From: Takakia lepidozioides | Taxonomy: Eukaryota > Plantae > Bryophyta | Length of the DNA stretch: 64,000 bases | NCBI GenBank assembly: GCA_030704615.1 | Contig: CM060734.1 | Span: forward strand, 34,658,001-34,722,000 | Reading direction: 5' to 3' | Notes under the pieces: generated by a model | The model's input: only the letters and a program-made list of their open reading frames with translations | Told to the model about the DNA's origin: nothing | The model's database searches: none | In this document: positions 38,770-50,035 of the stretch, piece after piece | How positions within the stretch are numbered: position 1 is the first letter of the stretch | How the letters are laid out: each line of letters begins with the position of its first letter | Made by a program: the position numbers and the translations under genes

Positions 38770-39950
38770 CTTTCCGATCATCCCGCGATTGAGGGCACAG
38801 TACCGAAGCCCCGAATTGGCCAGACTCATGAGATGGCACGCCTCGCATCGGAGCCCCCCGGGAAAGGTGTGCGGGCCACAAGATTCACAAGCATGGAGGC
38901 ATATTGAAGAGATGTGACATTTTCTCTTGGAGGACCCAGGACATGTCCACCTCGACTTCTCCTCGGATGGGGTCAACCCATTCTCTGTCCAATCATGTAG
39001 TCACTCCACTTGGCCGGTGACCATGGTGAATTACAACATCCCTCCATATCTTTCAATTAAAAAATGCCATATCATGTTGGCTGCCATTGTGCCAGGTGAG
39101 TGTACTCATTTCATGTTTATTATTGCCTTAGACTTTACATTAAACTTCTGATCTTTGACGCAATTCGGATGCAAGATTGATGAGTGATATAATCATGGAG
39201 TAAGACGTGTAATTCATTTTGTAGTATAATTTGCATATTGGTGGAGCATTGAAACAATGATGTGAATGTCTCATAGGGAAAAAAAAAAGTGGCAAACATG
39301 GACACGTACTTGCGACCTCTTGTTGATGAATTTAAGGAGCTATGGAGGGGGGTCCCGACATTGGATGCTTCACTTGACCCTATGGCCGGACAATCTTTTT
39401 AGATGAGAAGCATCTTGCTTTGGACAATGCATGATTATCCAGGTATATTATGTTCCCCATGAACAACCCGCGTACATTCACTTGTCAATGCCGGATAATA
39501 TCGATGAGGATTAGGATTGATTGAAGTAGCGGCGACAGTCTTGTGCACCGTAATGGGGTAGATGGCATTATGGGCCATGCACATGACAACTTTTTGTTTT
39601 TGCTAATGTGGCGGGATGTGTAGTACAGGACTAACTGTTTGCTCGGGGCTAAGCACCAAAGGGTACCATGCATGCTTGCATTGTGGCGATGATCTTGATG
39701 CACATAGCTCCCGCCATCTTCACAAGATGTTGTATCCCAACTACTGCAAATTTCTTCCTATGAGCCATCGATGGAGAAGAAGAGAGAAACACTTGTTTGA
39801 TGGCAAAGAGGAAGTACGTCCCCCCCCTATGACACCGTCCGGGCAGTTTTGGGAGGACCGATGGAAGGAGGCCCATGCGGGCACGGACGGTGAAGTGGAC
39901 GTGCCCGGCATTAAACGACTTTCAATCTTCTACGAGTTGTCATATCTACG
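38770..39950 (+). pseudogene. CACTA Transposase_21 (Tnp2) N-terminal/core exons
   Basis: DSQAWRHI...SDGVNPFS...STWPVTMVNYNIPP...IMLAAIVPG | intron | NMDTYLRPLVDEFKELWRGV...LLWTMHDYPG | intron | GLSTKGYHACLHC...KFLPMSHRWR...FDGKEE...IKRLSIFYELSY. Confidence 0.9.
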
Positions 39951-42590
39951 ACAAAATGATGCCCCTAAGTGATTCCCACATAGGGCAAGAACAGAAATTA
40001 GTACCATGATGAATATTTGATAACAAAGCAGAAGAAGATAAGATAAGGTTTGGATTCCATAAAGAGTAGAGTGAGATAGCACGGTTCCAAACATGAGTTG
40101 CTGCAAAGGGGCAGAAAATGATCCCTGCATTCAGAATGTGATGTATGCGGCTCATTCAAACCTTATGTCTAAAGCTCATAAGTCCTAGTTTGTGATCATG
40201 GCAGCTCTTCCCAAAGCTTGAGCAAGAAGAAGGGACCAGTTGCTTGCTTCCTTTGACAGCTCTTGGGGAAAAACCAGTATCTTCTGCAGGAGGCTATCCG
40301 GAACCAGAATTCAATGGGAAGACTCCATCCCATTCTGCTGGCAGCTCAGTTAGTGCTAGATGCACTCCCTTGGAGGCAAATGATGCAGAGGTGAATTGGC
40401 GTCACAAGCGCACACTTAGAAAAGGGAAATCTAAGGCACAGTTATCTTTTGAGGCTCCCTGCAAGCGTAAGCATGGCAGTATGTAGGGCAACATGTATTG
40501 CACTTATCTTTGTGTAACTTGTCTGCTTCTCTGCTCGAGCTTAGTCATGCTTTTTTCCCCCTTCTCTTTGATCTGTTGGCTATGAGTAGACCCTCGATCC
40601 TCAACCTTCATGGCTTTGTAAGGTTTTTTTTTCCTTATTTTTTCTTCCAGGGCTATAATCCCCCTGCAATATATATATATATATATATCCAGAAAGGCCC
40701 ACTTTGGTATTTTTTGCGAATTTCCAAAGACCAAAAGTAATTGAAATTCCATATCTCCCACACCGCAGGTCCAAAATCATGAGACCAAGCTGGTGCACCC
40801 CTCCTCATAGAGGGCTTTCCAACGGTACCAAGCACCATGGTGGGTTGGGCCCCGCAGTTTGGGAGATCTCAACGCTACAAAACAAAACAAATTACCTTGC
40901 TTCATATATTGATGTCAAATTTTACCCTAAAGGTATGAATAAAGTCAGGTTATAGTTCAATTGAATAAGCCCATCCTTAGGCCCTCGTTATTACCAGACA
41001 TGTTTAGACTGTCTTTCCATGCAGAAAACTTTGTTGGCTCTCTTGTAGAGAGAGACTTTGCGGAGACATATGGAGAAAATGTGGTCAAAGTACCTTACAC
41101 CGTGTCAAGGCGCTGATTGGTGTGTTGTGCTGAGTCAGGCTCCCTAGTCTTACCTTCCTCTTATGTTGTGCCAAAGCAAAGCAAGAGAGCCAATTGCCGT
41201 TTGAGGCTTGTTTACAGTTGGGATACAAATATAGATTGGTTGCTAGGGTCGATCTACTTCCCGAGGTATGGCATACTTGGGACCTAGACATCCCTCCCCA
41301 TCCTATAGATTATATTTGTCGTATTCGGTTCGCCCCGCAAATGGCATGGGTATGACTACGGTCTCATTAATAAGAAAAATATATTTTAATATAATAAATA
41401 TAGCATCTCATTTTACAATAATTGGGACGTTATGGCGCACGCGCGAGCTGACCGATGGGCCCCGCGCACAGACGCCCGGCTCCCCCCCCCCCCCCCCCCC
41501 CCCCCCGCCGCGCGCGGTCGCCCAGCTACTGCCACGCCCGCGGCAGCCCCGCCCGCGCTCCGCCGCGCCCCCAGTCCGCTGCCCGTGAGTCTAGTTCCCC
41601 TCAGTCCGCCAAACTGCCAATCTACCGGCCAGTCCGCTGTGCCAGTCCCCGCAAGTCCACCCAACAGTCCGATGTGCCCGTCTGCTGCCCCACAGTCTGC
41701 CAGTCCGCCAGTCCGCGCCGGCCGAAGGATCTGGATTGTCCATTCTGAGAAACCCATCCGCACCATCCATGCCAGTCCGTTGTGCCAGTCCTGGTCAGTC
41801 CACCCAACAGTCTGCCCGCCAGTCCGCCGCCCATGAGTCCGCCTTCCTCCAGTCCACTGATGATGCCGTATCTGGACCGTCCGTTCGTAAATGTCATCTG
41901 AGCCCTCCATTTTTAGGGCATGAATTCAAACCTTATCCCTGCCGCCTACCATTTGCCAGCAGCCGCGAACGTGTGCACTGATGCTCCTTGCACGTTGTCC
42001 ATCGTGTCCAGTGTACTGCGGCGCATTTCTTGCAGATTCTGAAGTGTGTCCTCTGTACTGTACATTGCATGGACGTGGAAGCAGAAGGCGATGATATACT
42101 AAAAACGAGAAGCTGGATTATACGGCCTCTTCGATAAAGTTTGCAAACACCCAAACCAAGACCCTTCAACACGAAGGACCTCCATTGGAAGAGAGACACG
42201 CAATATGGTTATATGGGTGCACGACAGAATGTTCAGAAGGCCTGCATACCGTGGGATATCGCCGATCCCACCCTAGAGCATGCTGTCGATGGTGAGGCTG
42301 GGTTGATGACCAGTTAGACCATCTTTGTTTCTCCTGTGGTGAGGTTGGAGGTGATGACCAGCCAACCATAGGAGTGCCTGCGGTGGGTGCAGGTGCAGGC
42401 TATATTAGGAACCTAGTATTCCAAACCATAAGCCGCATCAGGTTCTCTACCCGGTTACCTTGTGGAGATGGGGTTAGAGACAGGTTCATGACCGGTTGAG
42501 TGTTAGTTTGTCAACACGGAGGTGCCAGTAGTTGCTGGGAAAAGTGCCGGTACGAGCACTAGCGATACTAGCGGGTATACGAGATGAGGT

Positions 42591-45340
42591 GTGCGGTTTA
42601 GGCCACCTTCACCTCCTGTGTCTTCTACGGAAGGTTCTGATTCGGATTTTGAATCAGGAAGACTCACACCGGCGGTGCAAGTTGTTTCCTTGCCATTGTT
42701 GTGGGACACGGTGGAGGAGATGTATGGAGCCACCAAGGGGCCACGAAGGTACTCTGGGGCGGTAGGCACCATTGAGTTGGATGATTTTATCCAAGAGCTT
42801 GATAGTTAGTGTGACTTGCAGCAAATGCGCAATCCACAACTGTTTACGCCTTTTATGGCATGGAAGGGGCTGTTTCAGCACCTTGAGGGACCGCCCATGC
42901 ATGATTACCGTGAGTTTAGGCGGGGGCACGATGTTGAGATCGAGGAGTGGAGGATGTACTGGTCACCCGACTATGTCTCTATCACTAGAGGTACTAGAGG
43001 CACAAGGGTAGCAGCCACACCGGCAGCTGCACCAGCAGCAGCAGCCACAACAGCAGCTTCCACGAGCAGTAGTGGGACTAGTGGTACAGCAACTACGACG
43101 TCCACCCAAGCTGCTGCTGCACCAGCACCAGTGGCGGTGCCTGCCTTCAACCCTATTGTGGAGTTCTTCGAAGAGTTGAGAAAGAACTATCAAGGGGTGA
43201 TGACAGAGAAGTTGAGGAGCTTGCAAGAGTTCCAACGGAAGCCTACTGAGAGCTTGAGGGAGGCTTTCACTCGCATGAGGCGCTTGATTAATGTAACCCA
43301 AGGGGTTACGGAGGCTCAGGTAGTCCAATTCTGGTACGGGATATTGGACAAGGAGCTGAAGAGAAGGGTGCGGGATGCAACTCTCCTACAAGCGGCCCAA
43401 CCTACCTTATCAAATGTGTTTTTGCTGGCAGAGCGGATAGAGCTCAACATGGTGGAGGAACGAGTGGTCATGGTGGGATTTGCTAAGGAGGCACCATGGG
43501 GTAGTGGTGCTCCTAGCCAGCCACTACCTCAACGTGCTCAAGGCACCAAGGGGGCTCAGATGAAGCCCAGGGAAGGACAGAGAGGACCTCAGATGCAGGG
43601 GTCTCTCCCTTCATTTGCAAGCCAACAACGGGCGGATGTGGTGTGCTGGACATGTGGAAGACCCCATGTCAAGAAGGATTGCCCAGAGGGAGGCAATGGT
43701 TTGGCACCGGCACAGCCTGCACAGTTGCAGTGTGGGTATTGTGGCAAGTACGGGCATGGAGAGGCCCAGTGCTATGGTTTGCACCCTGAGTTGCGCCTGG
43801 GCCAGTTCCAAGGGAACAATGGTGGTCGGGGGCGAGGTGGAGCAGCCCAGAGAGGACGAGGTGGCCAGGCACGAGGTGCAGGCCAAGGGCAAGCTCAACA
43901 TGGCCAAGGACGCGGGTCAGGGTGGTAACCAAGGCATGGCTAACCGGCTTCAGCAGCTAGAGCAAAGGCTCGCTGCCATGGCCGCAGCTCAGGTGGTACT
44001 CGCTCCAAGGCCGGATGGTCCACCTCCTGCTCCTGAGGGAGGAGACATGGGAGGCATGGGATTCATGTGCGGGGCAGCACTACCACTAGTGAGGGGTGCC
44101 ACTACCACTACCACTATGTGCGGGGCAGGACTACCACTAGTGCAAGTGGAGTCGGCTGCGGCAGTGACTCAAGGAGCAGCACGAGTTCCTGAGCCACGGG
44201 GTGCGGAGGTGGAGTTGGATCCACAGCATGGGGAGGCAAGCCGTCAGGCCAGGCTTCCTCAGTCATTCACATTGGCGGAGACAGTGTCGACGCCGTCCAT
44301 GGCACCTAGTTCTCGCCCGACTGTTACCGAGGCGGAGGTTACTATGCCATTGGGGAGAGCTACATGGGCAGCACCACTACCTAATGTTGCTAAGGCTACG
44401 GTGGCTAGTGTGCTGCTGGGGGCGGCCACAACTGTGTGCCAGGCTCTCGGCTACCATGATTGCGACGCCGGGGGTAAGACCAGCTGAGGTGTTCAGGCTG
44501 GCAGCTACACTCTGTGAGAGTGGGGAGGTTACTTCATCTTCTGCGGAGATAGTGGGAGGTGTAGTGCCGGAGGGATCCTCGGATGTGAGGGTCAAGACTG
44601 CCACGGCGGCGCCATGGCAAGCTGCAGCTGCCAGGTTGATGGAGCTGCCAGCTAGACCAGCCATTGAGTGCGCCATGGTGACACCTGGAGTTGTCATGTT
44701 AGACAACCAGGATGACATTTTCTGTTTGAGTGGACCGGCAGGCAGGAGGTACCGGCCACTGCGGGTCTTGTTGGACTCGGGAGCTCAGTCATTGATGTTG
44801 GGCAGAGCTGCTATTGCATGCTTGGGCCTCACGGAGGTGGATATGGAGCCGTGCCCTTTCCAGATACAGACATCTCTGGGAGGATCAGAGCAGGCTTGGG
44901 GCATGACATGGCATGAGTTGGCTATCAGACTACAGGCGGATCATCCTACAGATGGCTCAATGATGAGAGCCAAGGTCATTGTGACAGATGCGGTCTCGTA
45001 CGATGTCCTTGTTGGTGGGGCAGTGTTGTACCCCATGGGCTTCACCCTGGATTTTTGGGAGGAGTCAGCTTCCTATAGGCCTGGATGGCAGTCAGGGGAA
45101 GGCCGGCGTGTGCAGCTCCCCGTGACGTTTATAGGAGGAGTTGCGGTTGCCCAGCGAGACAAGATGCCAACACTGGCAGCATTCACAGCTGCAGTGACTT
45201 GGCCTGGAGAGTTGTTGGATGGCAACACTCATTCAGAGGATGTGTCACCTCTGGGAGAGCAGGATGACATATATGGTATGGCGGAATTGCCTGCCATGGT
45301 TGCTCACACTCCATTATGGGGCTCGAGCAAGGATTTGTAG
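42591..45340 (+). pseudogene. gag and aspartic protease of element 3
   Basis: Gag-like LDDFIQELDS*CD...LFQHLEG...LQEFQRKPTESLREAFTRM...QFWYGILDKELK; knuckles CWTCGRPHVKKDC and CGYCGKYGHGEAQC; protease RVLLDSGAQSLMLG...YDVLVGGAVL; frameshifts at ~43920 and ~44440. Confidence 0.88.
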
Positions 45341-45480
45341 CGGGTTTTGATTGTCGTGTGCAACAAGCCTGGGTAGAGGCTTTTGTACTGTCTGGAGAGG
45401 AGGACAGTGCGGGGATTGCACCAGGACCACCTCAGTTGTCACCATTGGACACCACACTGATCGTGTGGCAGTGTCCGGAT

Positions 45481-46343
45481 GAAGGCATTTGCCTTCTCGA
45501 CTTGTTTGGCGGGATCAGCACCGGGTTGGCTGCTGTTCTACAGGCAGGTGTACGAGTACGGCGTTACTTGTATGTGGAGAGGGATGAGAGGGATATCAGT
45601 AGGCCTTGCCAGCAGACATTTCGTTGCTGGGGGCGCAGGATTTGGAGCGGGTTGGCTTCATTGATTTGGTAGTGGCAGGTTGGCCCTACCAAGGGCATTC
45701 ATCAGCCGGGCATGGCAATGGATTGCGAGACTCGAGGTCGGGTCTATTTTGGGAGATGGTGCGGGTTTTGCGCCACTTACAGCTTCATCAGGCTATATCT
45801 CCAACATACATCTTGGAGAATATGCCACTGATGGACGATTCTCGGGCCAGGGTGATGGCCAGTGTGCATCAAGTCCGGTCGTGGCTTGGGTCAGCAGTGT
45901 TGCTGGATGCAGCTGCAGTGGGGTCACAGGCTCATCGTCCACGGCTATGGTGGACTAATTTGATGCCACCCGCACTGTTCAAGCGTGCATTTGATGGGGT
46001 GCAGCGGCCAACACACCTCACATTGGATAGCATCTTGGACATAGAGAGGCAGTCTCAGCGTATGAGACACGATGACCGTTCGCCTTTGGCAGTGGTCAAC
46101 AAAGTGGGTCAACCACGAGCAGCACTACCTACACTGCTCAGCTTCCCAGGATCGCATGCTTTCCGGGATAGTGGACCTGGCCTCCTGTGGGATGCTCAGT
46201 TGCAGCAATTGGTGGAGCCTAATGCCGACGAGCAAGAGTGGGCTATGGGTTTTTCCACTGGGACCACGGTGGTGCCTTCTCTTTCTGAGGCATCACGTTG
46301 TCAGGTGTTGGGGCAAACGATGGATCTAAATTGCTTGATCTAG
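45481..46343 (+). pseudogene. C5-cytosine DNA methyltransferase domain (DNMT3-like) embedded in pol between PR and RT
   Basis: Motif I LLDLFGGISTG (45493-45525), motif II YLYVERD, motif III ADI, motif IV DLVVAGWP(Y)QGHS (Tyr at 45687-45689 in place of Cys), SGLFWE, motif VI YILENM (45807-45824), motif VIII AHRPRLWWTNL (45930-45962), motif IX-like EPNADEQEWAMGF..GTT, motif X-like RCQVLGQTMD; canonical order; frameshift/deletion near 45600. Confidence 0.88.
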
Positions 46344-46759
46344 GTTATCAGCTTGGCTATGGCTGAGCAACGTAGAGTGCGGAGTGCATTTCCCTTGATG
46401 GTCTCTCTGCCTACCGAGACGGTACGGGCAGTGAGTGGGGGCAAGCCGGTGAGGACCACGGGGTGTAGACATCCATGACACATGTGGGAGGTGCTCGAGG
46501 TTCAGAGGGAGTTGGCAGCCAAGGCGGCTGTGATGGATGAGGTTGGGGATTCTTCTCGGGTTGAGGAGGTCTTCAAGGATGAGATGATGGGGTAGGATGA
46601 GGCCTTGTCATTGACGGAGCAGGCAGGGAGTACTGCTCATGAGGTTGCGGCATAGCAACCACGGGAGGCGTCTCCTACCTCTAAGTCTTGCCGGACTTAA
46701 GGTTGCAGTTACGGAGGACAATTGGGAGCCTGACACTCGACCCATTGTCACTGGAGGAG

Positions 46760-49700
46760 AGAGACGACGTATACGGCGGTTCCTGAGGGCTTACAGGAAT
46801 TGCTTTGCCTTCAGTTTGAAGGATTTGGGAGCACTGAAGGGTCAGGAGATTTGTATTGAGTTGGCCACGGACTCGCCAATCTTTCGAAGACCCTATAGAT
46901 ACAGTGACATGGAGAGGTCTTTGATTCAGATGAGGACTCAAGATCTTTGGGAGGCTGGTTTGGTGGAGCTCTCTGGTGGAGAGTATGCTTCAGCCACGGT
47001 GATGCCAGCCAAGAAGGATGTCTATGGCAATTGGACGGAGAGATGTATGTGTGGTGATTACCGGCCTGTAAATTGTTAGACCAAGTCTGATAAGTATGCC
47101 ATGCCTACACCTGAGGAGATCTTTGATGCCATTGGGCATGCCAAGGTCTTTAGTACTTTGGACTTGCGGTCTGGATATCACCAATTGCCGATCAAAGAGG
47201 CGGACAAGCAGAAGATGGCATTCTGGGGGATCAATAAGCACTGGAAGGATTGCCTATATCAATGGCGGTTCTTACCATTCGGGCTTAAGAACGCTCCTGC
47301 AGAGTTTCAGAGAGTTATGGACAGGATTCTAGCAGGGGTAGACTTTGCTCGGTGCTACATAGATGACATCATCATCTTTAGTGCTACGGTGGAGGAGCAC
47401 GAGAGACACCTTCAGGTGGTGTTTGAGCGCTTGAGAGCGCACGGATTGAAATTACATCCGGGGAAGTGCAAGTTTTTCCACAACCAGATTGAGTATCTGG
47501 GCCACATGATATATCCTGGAGGATTAGGGGTGCAGCAGACTAAGGTAGAGGCTATCGCACAGATTCCACGTCCCACGAATGTGAGCTGAGTTCGAACTTT
47601 CATGGGGTTGGCAAACTACTATAGACGGTTTGTCAAGGGATTTAGTGCTATTGCAAAGGCTCTAACCAAGCTGACCAAGGTAGACCAGGAGTGGCAGTGG
47701 GAAGATGAGCAAGAGCGAGCTTTTCAGGAGCTCAAGGCGAGGTTGACCTCGGCGCCGATCTTGAGATGACCTATCAGGGGGCGTCTCTTTCAGGTGCATA
47801 CAGATTGGAGCATGTTGGGGCTTGGAGCGGTGCTCACACAGGTGGATGATGAGGGAAGAGAGTTCGTAGTGGCTTATACTAGCTGCTCCAACAATGCTAC
47901 AGAGTCTAAGTATAGCTCATATGAGGGGGAGGGCTTAGCTATAGTGTGGGCCGTGGCACACTTCAGGTGCTATCTATACGACAATCTCTTCACCCTTGTC
48001 ACGGATCACCAGCCACTCAAGTGGTTGATAGAATCAGACAAGCTTACGGGGAAGCTTGCATGGTGGGCACTTATACTCCAGGAGTATGACTTTTAGGTTG
48101 TGCATCGACCGGGTTTGGTCAATAGGGATGCGGATGGATTGAGTCGCAATCCATGAACGAGCCAGCAGAATGACACTGGAGCTCGGTGGCATGGTGAGAC
48201 GGACGAGGAGATGGTGCCGGGATGGCATGCATCTGCCTTTTTATGTATCTTGGCATTGGGAGGTCAGGTTAGACCTACAACAGGGATGACTGTAGACGGA
48301 GTGTCTGAGGACCCTGAGGCTAGTGATGAGCTAGGTGGTGCCAGAGATATACATGAGGATTTGGTCGTGTTGGACTACCTCCGCACTGGAGACACGACAG
48401 CTAGTGTGACTGCCAAGGAGATGGATCGGATCCTGCAACTCAATCCACTTGGAGAAGTGCTCCACCATCACCAACATATATCTGTGGTGACGCATAGTCA
48501 GTGGCAAAGGCCCTCCGAAGTCAAGACTCCACCTGTAGCCCAATCCCATGATGGGTAATGGATGCAACTGTGGTGTAGGGACGTTGAATGAAGCACGCAC
48601 CCTGTCACACACCATGCGCCTAGCCACGAACTATTGCACCTTTGTTTGCATACCATGCCACCAATACTGCCCCTGCAGTAAACTATGAGTGCGTCGCACT
48701 CCAAAATGCCCCAACTCCTCATGGGCATGCCGCACTAACCGTGCACGCTATGTTGGGTGAGGCACGATCCTCACCTGACCATCCTCCCACACTCGAAGCA
48801 GGTGTATCCCCTCCCACTTGAACCCCATTGCCTGACAAGGCTAGTGAGGGGGCTGCGTATGCATTCTTGGATTGTGTGCTTAGCCGATTCGGTGCTCCAG
48901 CTGAGGTACTCACGGACCAAGGGAGAGAGTTCTTGGGGGAGTTTCAGGCTTTGTGTGATAAAGCCTTGATAGACCACCGTACCACTTCTTGGGATCATCC
49001 CGAGGCCGATGGCTTGGCAGAGAGAGTGGTTCAGACAGTGAAGAGGGGTTTGCGCAAGTATGGCTTGCAAAAGGGACACCTAGGAGATTGAGATCTTTAG
49101 GTACCTTGGCTAGCCATGGGCTACAGGTTCAGCAAGCAAGCATCACTTGCCTCCTTCTCACCATATTTCCTTCTCTTTGGCCGAAAGCCAGATTTGCCTG
49201 CGTCTATTTGCAGGGAAGCTGCAGTAGTCCTCAACCTTGATGATCCAGATGTGTGGACACAAGCATGTGCCCAGCGGGCAGAGTTGTTCCAGAGAGTCAT
49301 GCCTATGGCTTTTGAGAATCTTGCTATTGCCCAACACCGAGACACATTGAGGTATGCCACTATACGTGGAGGGGGATATCGGCCAGGTGTTCGACGTTTC
49401 CACCCTGGGGACTATATGTATCTGCAGCAGACAGCGCCTACGACCTTGGATGTTACAGCAGGACGTGTGATTCTAAGGGTCAGGGAGGTGTTGCCTTCAG
49501 GAGTGTTGATTCTGGAGGGTCGAGATGGCATGGTATGGAAGGACCATGTGCGTAATTGTGCGCCATGTCACCTTCCACATGTGGATGGGAGGATAGATCC
49601 CAACCTTGCAGTGGTACCTGCAGGATTGCGTTGCATGCTATGTGGGCATGCTTGTGGTACCGCCACTATGCTGGTGTGTGATCGATACTCAAGAGGTTGG

Positions 49701-49775
49701 CACATGGGATGCTTGACACCACCTCTTGAGAGGGTTCCTGATGGAGATTGGTTATGTCCACACTGCTTGGGATAA
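46760..49775 (+). pseudogene. RT, RNase H, integrase and C-terminal PHD finger of element 3 (48439-48824 inverted)
   Basis: RRPYRYS...YASATVMPAKKD...MCGDYRPVN, LDLRSGYHQ, LPFGLKNAPAEFQR, CYIDDII; HTDWS...SSYEGE...TDHQPL; integrase TDQGREF...HPEADGLAER; PHD CMLC...MLVCDRYSRGWHMGCLTPPLERVPDGDWLCPHC. Confidence 0.93.
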
Positions 49776-50035
49776 TGACAATGGATATGACTAGTGGCAG
49801 CTCACAAGACATGGGAGGCCAAGCTCATAGGAGTCAATACCCAAGATCTCAAGCTCAAGTTCACAGGTTGCAAGATGGCGACTAACGATGGGGCAACTCT
49901 TGTACCCGGCCTCTTGATCTATCGAGTTTGAGTGTAGTAGGGACAGTGGTGGAGGACTTTGTGAGGCTATGGCCACTATCACATCTTGTGGCTACCTGGA
50001 CTTAGAGGGACCTAAGCGCCAGCTAGGGGGGCGAT

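Larger units (their letters stand above)
28634..39950. mobile_element. Decayed and rearranged autonomous-type CACTA element (left TIR plus TnpD-like transposase pieces)
   Basis: CACTACAGCAAAT at 28634 followed by GCGACG/CGTCGC subterminal repeats to ~29160; transposase segments at 29860-30805 (-), 36700-37377 (-) and 38770-39950 (+). The other TIR was not found. Confidence 0.75.

Noticed and set aside
45481-46343. Bacterial restriction-modification methylase or contamination, or a host DRM/CMT/MET1 gene
   Set aside because: Sits colinearly between PR and RT, is intronless, and shows the same decay pattern as the flanking pol; no restriction enzyme, UBA, BAH or chromo domains; motif order is not permuted as in DRM.
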